A stretch of DNA of 64,000 nucleotides from Eledone cirrhosa (Eukaryota), in assembly GCA_964016885.1 (NCBI GenBank), contig OZ024745.1:5766001-5830000 (forward strand). The letters are read 5' to 3'. Numbering within the stretch: the stretch's first letter is position 1; every line of letters starts with the position of its first letter. Positions 37,801 through 49,800 of this stretch are shown piece after piece. Under the pieces are notes generated by a model. It worked only from the letters and a program-made list of their open reading frames with translations, ran no database searches and had not been told where the DNA came from. Made by a program: the position numbers and the translations under genes.

Positions 37801-40800
37801 AGTGTCGTGGGGTTGATTCCTGGGTTGGGGTGGTGGGTGGTCTAGTGTCGTGGGTTTGATTCCTGGTTTGAGGTGGTGGGTGGTCTAGTGTCGTGGGTTT
37901 GATTCCTGGTTTGAGGTGGTGGGTGGTCTAGTGTCGTGGGTTTGATTCCTGGTTTGAGGTGGTGGGTGGTCTAGTGTCGTGGGTTTGATTCCTGGGTTGG
38001 GGTGGTGGGTGGTCTAGTGTCGTGGGGTTGATTCCTGGGTTGGGGTGGTGGGTGGTCTAGTGTCGTGGGTTTGATTCCTGGGTTGGGGTGGTGGGTGGTC
38101 TAGTGTCGTGGGGTTGATTCCTGGGTTGGGGTGGTGGGTGGTCTAGTGTCGTGGGTTTGATTCCTGGGTTGGGGTGGTGGGTGGTCTAGTGTCGTGGGTT
38201 TGATTCCTGGGTTGGGGTGGTGGGTGGTCTAGTGTCGTGGGGTTGATTCCTGGGTTGGGGTGATGGGTGGTCTAGTGTCGTGGGTTTGATTCCTGGGTTG
38301 GGGTGGTGGGTGGTCTAGTGTTGTGGGGTTGATTCCTGGGTTGGGGTGGTGGGTGGTCTAGTGTCGTGGGTTTGATTCCTGGTTTGAGGTGGTGGGTGGT
38401 CTAGTGTCGTGGGTTTGATTCCTGGTTTGAGGTGGTGGGTGGTCTAGTGTCGTGGGTTTGATTCCTGGGTTGGGGTGGTGGGTGGTCTAGTGTCGTGGGG
38501 TTGATTCCTGGGTTGGGGTGGTGGGTGGTCTAGTGTCGAGGGTTTGATTCGTGGTTTGAGGTGGTGGGTGGTCTAGTGTCGTGGGTTTGTTCCTGGTTTG
38601 AGGTGGTGGGTGGTCTAGTGTCGTAGGTTTGATTCCTGGGTAGGGGTGGTGGGTGGTCTAGTGTCGTGGGTTTGATTCCTGGTTTGAGGTGGTGGGTGGT
38701 CTAGTGTCGTGGGTTTGATTCCTGGGTTGGGGTGGTGGGTGGTCTAGTGTCGTGGGTTTGATTCCTGGTTTGAGGTGGTGGGTGGTCTAGTGTCGTGGGG
38801 TTGATTCCTGGGTTGGGGTGGTGGGTGGTCTAGTGTCGTGGGTTTGATTCCTGGTTTGAGGTGGTGGGTGGTCTAGTGTCGTGGGGTTGATTCCTGGGTT
38901 GGGGTGGTGGGTGGTCTAGTGTCGTGGGTTTGATTCCTGGTTTGAGGTGGTGGGTGGTCTAGTGTCGTGGGTTTGATTCCTGGGTTGGGGTGGTGGGTGG
39001 TCTAGTGTCGTGGGTTTGATTCCTGGTTTGAGGTGGTGGGTGGTCTAGTGTCGTGGGGTTGATTCCTGGGTTGGGGTGGTGGGTGGTCTAGTGTCGTGGG
39101 TTTGATTCCTGGTTTGAGGTGGTGGGTGGTCTAGTGTCGTGGGTTTGATTCCTGGTTTGAGGTGGTGGGTGGTCTAGTGTCGTGGGTTTGATTCCTGGTT
39201 TGAGGTGGTGGGTGGTCTAGTGTCGTGGGTTTGATTCCTGGGTTGGGGTGGTGGGTGGTCTAGTGTCGTGGGGTTGATTCCTGGGTTGGGGTGGTGGGTG
39301 GTCTAGTGTCGTGGGTTTGATTCCTGGGTTGGGGTGGTGGGTGGTCTAGTGTCGTGGGGTTGATTCCTGGGTTGGGGTGGTGGGTGGTCTAGTGTCGTGG
39401 GTTTGATTCCTGGGTTGGGGTGGTGGGTGGTCTAGTGTCGTGGGTTTGATTCCTGGGTTGGGGTGGTGGGTGGTCTAGTGTCGTGGGGTTGATTCCTGGG
39501 TTGGGGTGGTGGGTGGTCTAGTGTCGTGGGTTTGATTCCTGGGTTGGGGTGGTGGGTGGTCTAGTGTTGTGGGGTTGATTCCTGGGTTGGGGTGGTGGGT
39601 GGTCTAGTGTCGTGGGTTTGATTCCTGGTTTGAGGTGGTGGGTGGTCTAGTGTCGTGGGTTTGATTCCTGGTTTGAGGTGGTGGGTGGTCTAGTGTCGTG
39701 GGTTTGATTCCTGGTTTGAGGTGGTGGGTGGTCTAGTGTCGTGGGGTTGATTCCTGGGTTGGGGTGGTGGGTGGTCTAGTGTCGTGGGTTTGATTCCTGG
39801 TTTGAGGTTTTGGGTGGTCTAGTGTCGTGGGTTTGATTCCTGGTTTGAGGTGGTGGGTGGTCTAGTGTCGTGGGTTTGATTCCTGGTTTGATGTGGTGGG
39901 TGGTCTAGTGTCGTGGGTTTGATTCCTGGGTTGGGGTGGTGGGTGGTCTAGTGTCGTGGGGTTGATTCCTGGGTTGGGGTGGTGGGTGGTCTAGTGTCGT
40001 GGGTTTGATTCCTGGGTTGGGGTGGTGGGTGGTCTAGTGTCGTGGGGTTGATTCCTGGGTTGGGGTGGTGGGTGGTCTAGTGTCGTGGGTTTGATTCCTG
40101 GGTTGGGGTGGTGGGTGGTCTAGTGTCGTGGGTTTGATTCCTGGGTTGGGGTGGTGGGTGGTCTAGTGTCGTGGGGTTGATTCCTGGGTTGGGGTGATGG
40201 GTGGTCTAGTGTCGTGGGTTTGATTCCTGGGTTGGGGTGGTGGGTGGTCTAGTGTTGTGGGGTTGATTCCTGGGTTGGGGTGGTGGGTGGTCTAGTGTCG
40301 TGGGTTTGATTCCTGGTTTGAGGTGGTGGGTGGTCTAGTGTCGTGGGTTTGATTCCTGGTTTGAGGTGGTGGGTGGTCTAGTGTCGTGGGTTTGATTCCT
40401 GGGTTGGGGTGGTGGGTGGTCTAGTGTCGTGGGGTTGATTCCTGGGTTGGGGTGGTGGGTGGTCTAGTGTCGAGGGTTTGATTCGTGGTTTGAGGTGGTG
40501 GGTGGTCTAGTGTCGTGGGTTTGTTCCTGGTTTGAGGTGGTGGGTGGTCTAGTGTCGTAGGTTTGATTCCTGGGTAGGGGTGGTGGGTGGTCTAGTGTCG
40601 TGGGTTTGATTCCTGGTTTGAGGTGGTGGGTGGTCTAGTGTCGTGGGTTTGATTCCTGGGTTGGGGTGGTGGGTGGTCTAGTGTCGTGGGTTTGATTCCT
40701 GGTTTGAGGTGGTGGGTGGTCTAGTGTCGTGGGGTTGATTCCTGGGTTGGGGTGGTGGGTGGTCTAGTGTCGTGGGTTTGATTCCTGGTTTGAGGTGGTG

Positions 40801-43800
40801 GGTGGTCTAGTGTCGTGGGGTTGATTCCTGGGTTGGGGTGGTGGGTGGTCTAGTGTCGTGGGTTTGATTCCTGGTTTGAGGTGGTGGGTGGTCTAGTGTC
40901 GTGGGTTTGATTCCTGGGTTGGGGTGGTGGGTGGTCTAGTGTCGTGGGGTTGATTCCTGGGTTGGGGTGGTGGGTGGTCTAGTGTCGTGGGTTTGATTCC
41001 TGGTTTGAGGTGGTGGGTGGTCTAGTGTCGTGGGTTTGATTCCTGGGTTGGGGTGGTGGGTAGTCTAGTGTCGTGGGGTTGATTCCTGGGTTGGGGTGGT
41101 GGGTGGTCTAGTGTCGTGGGTTTGATTCCTGGGTTGGGGTGGTGGGTGGTCTAGTGTCGTGGGGTTGATTCCTGGGTTGGGGTGGTGGGTGGTCTAGTGT
41201 CGTGGGTTTGATTCCTGGGTAGGGGTGGTGGGTTGTCTAGTGTCGTGGGTTTGATTCCTGGGTTGGGTGGTGGGTGGTCTAGTGTCGTGGGTTTGATTCC
41301 TGGTTTGAGGTGGTGGGTGGTCTAGTGTCGTGGGGTTGATTCCTGGGTTGGGGTGGTGGGTGGTCTAGTGTCGTGGGTTTGATTCCTGGTTTGAGGTGGT
41401 GGGTGGTCTAGTGTCGTGGGTTTGATTCCTGGGTTGGGGTGGTGGGTGGTCTAGTGTCGTGGGTTTGATTCCTGGTTTAAGGTGGTGGGTGGTCTAGTGT
41501 CGTGGGTTTGATTCCTGGTTTGAGGTGGTGGGTGGTCTAGTGTCGTGGGTTTGATTACTGGCTTGGGGTGGTGGGTGGTCTAGTGTCGTGGGGTTGATTC
41601 CTGGGTTGGGGTGGTGGGTGGTCTAGTGTCGTGGGGTTGATTCCTGGGTTGGGGTGGTGGGTGGTCTAGTGTCGTGGGTTTGATTCCTGGGTTGGGGTGG
41701 TGGGTGGTCTAGTGTCGTGGGGTTGATTCCTGGGTTGGGGTGCTGAGTGGTCTAGTGTCGTGGGTTTGATTCCTGGTTTGAGGTGGTGGGTGGTCTAGTG
41801 TCGTGGGTTTGATTCCTGGTTTGAGGTGGTGGGTGGTCTAGTGTCGTGGGGTTGATTCCTGGGTTGGGGTGGTGGGTGGTCTAGTGTCGTGGGTTTGATT
41901 CCTGGTTTGAGGTGGTGGGTGGTCTAGTGTCGTGGGGTTGATTCCTGGGTTGGGGTGGTGGGTGGTCTAGTGTCGTGGGTTTGATTCCTGGTTTGAGGTG
42001 GTGGGTGGTCTAGTGTCGTGGGTTTGATTCCTGGTTTGAGGTGGTGGGTGGTCTAGTGTCGTGGGGTTGATTCCTGGGTTGGGGTGGTGGGTGGTCTAGT
42101 GTCGTGGGTTTGATTCCTAGTTTGAGGTGGTGGGTGGTCTAGTGTCGTGGGGTTGATTCCTGGTTTGAGGTGGTGGGTGGTCTAGTGTCGTGGGTTTGAT
42201 TCCTGGTTTGAGGTGGTGGGTGGTCTAGTGTCGTGGGTTTGATTCCTGGGTTGGGGTGGTGGGTGGTCTAGTGTCGTGGGTTTGATTCCTGGTTTGAGGT
42301 GGTGGGTGGTCTAGTGTCGTGGGGTTGATTCCTGATTTGAGGTGGTGGGTGGTCTAGTGTCCTGGGTTTGATTCCTGGTTTGAGGTGGTGGGTGGTCTAG
42401 TGTCGTGGGTTTGATTCCTGGTTTGAGGTGGTGGTTGGTCTAGTGTCGTGGGGTTGATTCCTGGTTTGAGGTGGTGGGTGGTCTAGTGTCGTGGGTTTGA
42501 TTCCTGGTTTGAGGTGGTGGTTGGTCTAGTGTCGTGGGGTTGATTCCTGGTTTGAGGTGGTGGGTGGTCTAGTGTCGTGGGTTTGATTCCTGGTTTGAGG
42601 TGGTGGTTGGTCTAGTGTCGTGGGGTTGATTCCTGGTTTGAGGTGGTGGTTGGTCTAGTGTCGTGGGGTTGATTCCTGGTTTGAGGTGGTGGGTGGTCTA
42701 GTGTCGTGGCTTTGATTCCTGGTTTGAGGTGGTGGTTGGTCTAGTGTCGTCGGGTTGATTCCTGGTTTGAGGTGGTGGTTGGTCTAGTGTCGTGGGGTTG
42801 ATTCCTGGTTTGAGGTGGTGGTTGGTCTAGTGTCGTGGGGTTGATTCCTGGTTTGAGGTGGTGGGTGGTCTAGTGTCGTGGGTTTGATTCCTGGTTTGAG
42901 GTGGTGGTTGGTCTAGTGTCGTGGGGTTGATTCCTGGTTTGAGGTGGTGGTTGGTCTAGTGTCGTGGGGTTGATTCCTGGTTTGAGGTGGTGGTTGGTCT
43001 AGTGTCGTGGGGTTGATTCCTGGTTTGAGGTGGTGGTTGGTCTAGTGTCGTGGGGTTGATTCCTGGTTTGAGGTGGTGGGTGGTCTAGTGTCGTGGGTTT
43101 GATTCCTGGTTTGAGGTGGTGGTTGGTCTAGTGTCGTGGGGTTGATTCCTGGTTTGAGGTGGTGGGTGGTCTAGTGTCGTGGGTTTGATTCCTAGGTTGG
43201 GGTGGTGGGTGGTCTAGTGTCGTGGGTTTGATTCCTGGGTTGGGGTGGTGGGTGGTCTAGTGTCGTGGGTTTGATTCCTGGGTTGGGGTGGTGGGTGGTC
43301 TAGTGTCGTGGATTTGATTCCTGGTTTGAGGTGGTGTGTGGTCTAGTGTCGTGGGTTTGATTCCTGGTTTGAGGTGGTGGGTGGTCTAGTGTCGTGGGTT
43401 TGATTCCTGGTTTCAGGTGGTGGGTGGTCTAGTGTCGTGGGTTTGATTCCTGGTTTGAGATGGTGGGTGGTCTAGTTTCGTGGGTTTGATTCCTGGGTTG
43501 GGGTGGTGGGAGGTCTAGTGTCGTGGATTTGATTCCTGGTTTGAGGTGGTGGGTGGTCTAGTGTCGTGGGTTTGATTCCTGGGTTGGGGTGGTGGGTGGT
43601 CTAGTGTCGTGGATTTGATTCCTGGGTTGGGGTGGGGGTGGCTAGTGTCGTGGGTTTGATTCCTGGTTAGAGGTGGTGGGTGGTCTAGTGTCGTGGGTTT
43701 GATTCCTCGGTTGGGGTGGTGGGTGGTCTAGTGTGGTGGGTTTGATTCCTGGTTTGAGATGGTGGGTGGTCTAGTGTCGTGGGTTTGATTCCTGGGTTGG

Positions 43801-46800
43801 GGTGGTGGGTGGTCTAGTGTGGTGGGTTTGATTCCTGGTTTGAGATGGTGGGTGGTCTAGTGTCGTGGGTTTGATTCCTTTGTTGGGGTGGTGGGTGGTC
43901 TAGTGTCGTGGGTTTGATTCTTGGGTTGGGGTGCTGGGTGGTCTAGTTTCGTGGGTTTGATTCCTGGGTTGGGGTGGTGGGTGGTGTAGTGTGGTGGGTT
44001 TGATTTCTGGTTTGAGGTGGTGGGTGGTCTAGTGTCGTGGGTTTGATGCCTGGGTTGGGGTGGTGGGTGGTCTAGTGTCGTGGGTTTGATTCCTGGGTTG
44101 GGGTGGTGGGTGGTCTAGTGTCGTGGGTTTGATTCCTGGGTTGGGGTGGTGGGTGGTCTAGTGTCGTGGGTTTGATTCCTGGTTTGAGGTGGTGGGTGGT
44201 CTAGTGTCGTGGGTTTGATACCTGGGTTGGGGTGGTGGGTGGTCTAGTGTCGTGGGTTTGATTCCTGGGTTGGGGTGGTGGGTGGTCTAGTGTCGTGGGT
44301 TTGATTCCTGGTTTGAGGTGGTGGGTGGCCTAGAGTGGTGGGTTTGATTCCTGGGTTGGGGTGGTGGGTAGTCTAGTGTCGTGGGGTTGATTCCTGGGTT
44401 GGGGTGGTGGGTGGTCTAGTGTCGTGGGTTTGATTCCTGGGTTGGGGTGGTGGGTGGTCTAGTGTCGTGGGTTTGATTCCTGGTTTGAGGTGGTGGGTGG
44501 CCTAGAGTGGTGGGTTTGATTCCTGGGTTGGGGTGGTGGGTGGTCTAGTGTCGTGGGGTTGATTCCTGGGTTGGGGTGGTGGGTGGTCTAGTGTCGTGGG
44601 TTTGATTCCTGGGTTGGGGTGGTGGGTGGTCTAGTGTGGTGGGTTTGATTCCTGGGTTGGGGTGGTGGGTGGTCTAGTGTCGTGGGTTTGATTCCTGGTT
44701 TGAGGTGGCGGGTGGTCTAGTGTCGTGGGTTTGATACCTGGGTTGGCGTGGTGGGTGGTCTAGTGTCGTGGGTTTGATTCCTGGGTTGGGGTGGTGGGTG
44801 GTCTAGTGTCGTGGGTTTGATTCCTGGTTTGAGGTGGTGGGTGGTCTAGTGTCGTGGGGTTGATTCCTAGGTTGGGAGGTGGGTAGTCTAGTGTCGTGGG
44901 TTTGATTCGTGGTTTGAGGTGGTGGGTGGTCTAGTGTCGTGGGATTGATTCCTGGTTTGAGGTGGTGGGTGGTCTAGTGTCGTGGGATTGATTCCTGGTT
45001 TGAGGTGGTGGGTGGTCTAGTGTCATGGGGTTGCTTCCTAGGTCCTAGGTTGGGGTGGTGGGTGGTCTAGTGTCGTGGGGTTGATTCATGGGTTGGGGTG
45101 GTGGGTGGTCTAGTGTCGTGGGGTTGATTCCCGGGTTGGGGTGGTGGGTGATCTAGTGTCGTTGTTTTGATTCTTGGGTTGAGGTGGTGGGTGGTCTAGT
45201 GTCGTGGGTTTGATTCCTGATTTGAGGTGGTGGGTGGTCTAGTGTCGTGGGGTTGATTCCTGGTTTGAGAAGGTGGGTGGTCTAGTGTCGTGGGGTTGAT
45301 TCCTGGTTTCAGGTGCTGGGTGATCTAGTGTCGTGGGTTTGATTCCTGGCTTGGGGTGGTGGGTGGTCTAGTGTCGTGGGTTGGATTCCTGGGTTGGGGT
45401 GGTGGGTGGTCTTGTTTCGTGGGGTTGATTCCTGGTTTGAGGTGGTGGGTGGTCTAGTGTCGTGGGGTTGATTCCTGGGTTGGGGTGGTGGGTAGTCTAG
45501 TGTCGTGGGTTTGATTCCTGGTTTGAGGTGGTGGGTGGTCTAGTGTCGTGGGGTTGATTCCTGGTTTGAGGTGGTGGGTGATCTAGTGTCGTGGGTTTGA
45601 TTCCTATCTTGCGGTGGTGGGTGGTCTAGTGTCGTGGGTTTGATTCCTGGGTCGGGGTGGTGGGTGGTCTAGTGTCGTGGGTTTGATTCCTGGGTTGGGG
45701 TGGTGCGTGGTCTAGTGTCGTGGGTTTGATTCCTGTGTTGGGGTGGTGGGTGGTCTAGTGTCGTGGGGTTGCTTCCTGGGTTGGGGTGGTGGGTGGTCTA
45801 TTATCGTGGGTTTGATTCCTGGTTTGAGGTGGTGGATGGTCTAGTGTCGTGGGTTTGTTCCTGGTTTGAGGTGGTGGATGGTCAAGTGTCGTGGGTTTGT
45901 TCCGGGTTTGAGGTGGTGGATGGTCTAGTGTCGTGTATTTGTTCCTGGTTTGAGGTGGTGGGTGGTCTAGTGTCGTGGGTTTGTTCCTGGTTTGAGGTGG
46001 TGGATGGTCTAGTGTCGTGGGTTTGTTCCTGGTTTGAGGTGGTGGATGGTCTAGTGTCGTGGGTTTGTTCCTGGTTTGAGGTGGTGGATGGTCTAGTGTC
46101 GTGGGTTTGTTCCTGGTTTGAGGTGGTGGATGGTCTAGTGTCGTGGGCTTGTTCCTGGTTTGAGGTGGTGGGTGGTCTAGTGTCGTGGGTTTTTTGCTGG
46201 TTTGAGGTGGTGGGTGGTCTAGTGTCGTGGGTTTGATTCCTGGTTTGAGGTGGTGGATGGTCTAGTGTCGTGGGTTTTATTCCTGGGTTGGTGTGGTGGG
46301 TGGTCTAGTGTCGTGGGTTTGATTCCTGGGTTGGGGTGGTGGGTGGTCTAGTGTCGTGGGTTTGTTCCTGGTTTGAGGTGGTGGATAGTCTAGTGTCGTG
46401 GGTTTGTTCCTGGTTTGAGGTGGTGGATGGTCTAGTGTCGTGGGTTTGTTCCTGGGTTTGAGGTGGTGGGTGGTCTAGTAACGTGGGTTTGTTCCTGGTT
46501 TGAGGTGGTGGGTGGTCTAGTGTCGTAGGTTTTTTCCTGGTTTGAGGTGGTGGATGGTCTAGTGTCGTGGGTTTGTTCCTGGTTTGAGGTGGTGGGTGGT
46601 CTAGTGTCGTGGGTTTGATTCCTGTTTTGAGGTGGTGGATGGTCTAGTGTCGTGGGTTTGATTCCTGGGTTGGGGTGGTGGGTGGTCTAGTGTCGTGGGT
46701 TTGATTCCTGGGTTGGGGTGGTGGCTGGTCTAGTGTCGTGGGTTTGTTCCTGGTTTGAGGTGGTGGGTGGTCTAGTGTCGTGGGTTTGATTCCTGGGTTG

Positions 46801-49800
46801 GGGTGGTGGCTGGTCTAATGTCGTGGGGTTGATTCCTGGTTTGAGGTGGTGGGTGGTCTAGTGTCGTGGGTTTGATTCCTGGGTTGGGGTGGTGGGTGGT
46901 CTAGTGTCGTGGGTTTGATTCCTGGTTTGAGGTGGTGGATGGTCTAGTGTCGTGGGTTTGTTCCTGGTTTGAGGTGGTGGATGGTCAAGTGTCGTGGGTT
47001 TGTTCCTGGTTTGAGGTGGTGGATGGTCTTGTGTCGTCGGTTTGTTCCTGGTTTGAGGTGGTGGATGGTCTAGTGTCGTGGGTTTGTTCCTGGTTTGAGG
47101 TGGTGAGTGGTCTAGTGTCGTGGGTTTGTTCCTGGTTTGAGGTGGTGGATGGTCTAGTGTCGTGGGTTTGTTCCTCGTTTGAGGGGGTGGATGGTCTAGT
47201 GTCGTGGGTTTGTTCCTGGTTTGAGCTGGTGGATGGTCTAGTGTCGTGGGTTTGTTCCTGGTTTGAGGTGGTGGATGGTCTAGTGTCGTGGGTTTGTTCC
47301 TGGTTTGAGGTGGTGGGTGGTCTAGTGTCGTGGGTTTTTTCCTGGTTTGAGGTGGTGGGTGGTCTAGTGTCGTGGGTTTGATTCCTGGTTTGAGGTGGTG
47401 GATGGTCTAGTGTCGTGGGTTTGTTCCTGGTTTGAGGAGGTGGATAGTCTAGTGTCGTGGGTTTGTTCCTGGTTTGAGGTGGTGGATGGTCTAGTGTCGT
47501 GGGTTTGTTCCTGGGTTTGAGGTGGTGGGTGGTCTAGTGTCGTGGGTTTGTTCCTGGTTTGAAGTGGTGGGTGGTCTAGTGTTGTGGGTTTTCTCCTGGT
47601 TTGAGGTGGTGGGTGGTCTAGTGTCGTGGGTTTGATTCCTGGGTTGGGGTGGTGTGTGGTCTAGTGTCGTGGGGTTGATTCCTGGGTTGGGGTGGTGGGT
47701 GGTCTAGTGTCGTGGGTTTGATTCCTGGTTTGAGGTGGTGGGTGGTCTATTATCGTGGGTTTGATTCATGGTTTGAGGTGGTGGATGGTCTAGTGTCGTG
47801 GGTTTGTTCCTGGTTTGAGGTGGTGGATGGTCTAGTGTCGTGGGTTTGTTCCTGGTTTGAGGTGGTGGATGGTCTAGTGTCGTGGGTTTGTTCCTGTTTT
47901 GAGGTGGTGGATGGTCTAGTGTCGTGGGTTTGTTCCTGGTTTGAGGTGGTGGGTGGTCTAGTGTCGTGGGTTTGTTCCTGGTTTGAGGTGGTGGATGGTC
48001 TAGTGTCGTGGGTTTGTTCCTGGTTTGAGGTGGTGGATGGTCTAGTGTCGTGGGTTTGTTCCTGGTTTGAGGTGGTGGGTGGTCTAGTGTCGTGGGTTTT
48101 TTCCTGGTTTGAGGTGGTGGGTGGTCTAGTGTCGTGGGTTTGATTCCTGGTTTGAGGTGGTGGATGGTCTAGTGTCGTGGGTTTGATTCCTGGGTTGGGG
48201 TGGTGGGTGGTCTAGTGTCGTGGGTTTGTTCCTGGTTTGAGGTGGTGGATAGTCTAGTGTCGTGGGTTTGTTTCTGATTTGAGGTGGTGGATGGTCTAGT
48301 GTCGTGGGTTTGTTCCTGGGTTTGAGGTGGTGGGTGGTCTAGTGTCGTGGGTTTGTTCCTGGTTTGAGGTGGTGGGTGGTCTAGTGTCGTGTGTTTGTTC
48401 CTGGTTTGAGGTGGTGGATGGTCTAGTGTCGTGGGTTTGTTGCTGGTTTGAGGTGGTGGATGGTCTAGTGTCGTGGGTTTGTTCCTGGTTTGAGGTGGTG
48501 GATGGTCTAGTGTCGTGGGTTTGTTCCTGGTTTGAGGTGGTGGATGGTCTAGTGTCGTGGGTTTGTTCCTGGTTTGAGGTGGTGGGTGGTCTAGTGTCGT
48601 GGGTTTTTTCCTGGTTTGAGGTGGTGGGTGGTCTAGTGTCGTGGGTTTGATTCCTGGTTTGAGGTGGTGGATGGTCTAGTGTCGTGGGTTTGATTCCTGG
48701 GTTGGGGTGGTGGGTGGTCTAGTGTCGTGGGTTTGTTCCTGATTTGAGGTGGTGGATGGTCTAGTGTCGTGGGTTTGTTCCTGATTTGAGGTGGTGGATG
48801 GTCTAGTGTCGTGGGTTTGTTCCTGGGTTTGAGGTGGTGGGTGGTCTAGTGTCGTGGGTTTGTTCCTGGTTTGCGGTGGTGTGTGGTCTAGTGTCGTGGG
48901 TTTTTCCTGGTTTGAGGTGGTGGGTGGTCTAGTGTCGTGGGTTTGTTCCTGGTTTGAGGTGGTGGGTGGTCTAGTGTCGTGGGTTTGATTCCTGTTTTGA
49001 GGTGGTGGATGGTCTAGTGTCGTGGGTTTGATTCCTGGGTTGGGGTGGTGGGTGGTCTAGTGTCGTGGGTTTGATTCCTGGGTTGGGGTGGTGGGTGGTC
49101 TAGTGTCGTGGGTTTGTTCCTGGTTTGAGGTGGTGGATGGTCTAGTGTCGTGGGTTTGATTCCTGGGTTGGGGTGGTGGGTGGTCTAGCGTCGTGGGGTT
49201 GATTCCTGGGTTGGGGTGGTGGGTGGTCTAGTGTCGTGGGTTTGATTCCTGGTTTGAGGTGGTGGGTGGTCTATTATCGTGGGTTTGATTCCTGGTTTGA
49301 GGTGGTGGATGGTCTAGTGTCGTGGGTTTGTTCCTGGTTTGAGGTGGTGGATGGTCTAGTGTCGTGGGTTTGTTCCTGGTTTGAGGTGGTGGATGGTCTA
49401 GTGTCGTGGGTTTGTTCCTGGTTTGAGGTGGTGGATGGTCTAGTGTCGTGGGTTTGTTCCTGGTTTGAGGTGGTGGGTGGTCTAGTGTCGTGGGTTTGTT
49501 CCTGGTTTGAGGTGGTGGATAGTCTAGTGTCGTGGGTTTGTTCCTGGTTTGAGGTAGTGGATGGTCTAGTGTCGTGGGTTTGTTCCTGGTTTGAGGTGGT
49601 GGATGGTCTAGTGTCGTGGGTTTGTTCCTGGTTTGAGGTGGTGGGTGGTCTAGTGTCGTGGGTTTTTTCCTGGTTTGAGGTGGTGGGTGGTCTAGTGTCG
49701 TGGGTTTGATTCCTGGTTTGAGGTGGTGGATGGTCTAGTGTCGTGGGTTTGATTCCTGGGTTGGGGTGGTGGGTGGTCTAGTGTCGTGGGTTTGATTCCT

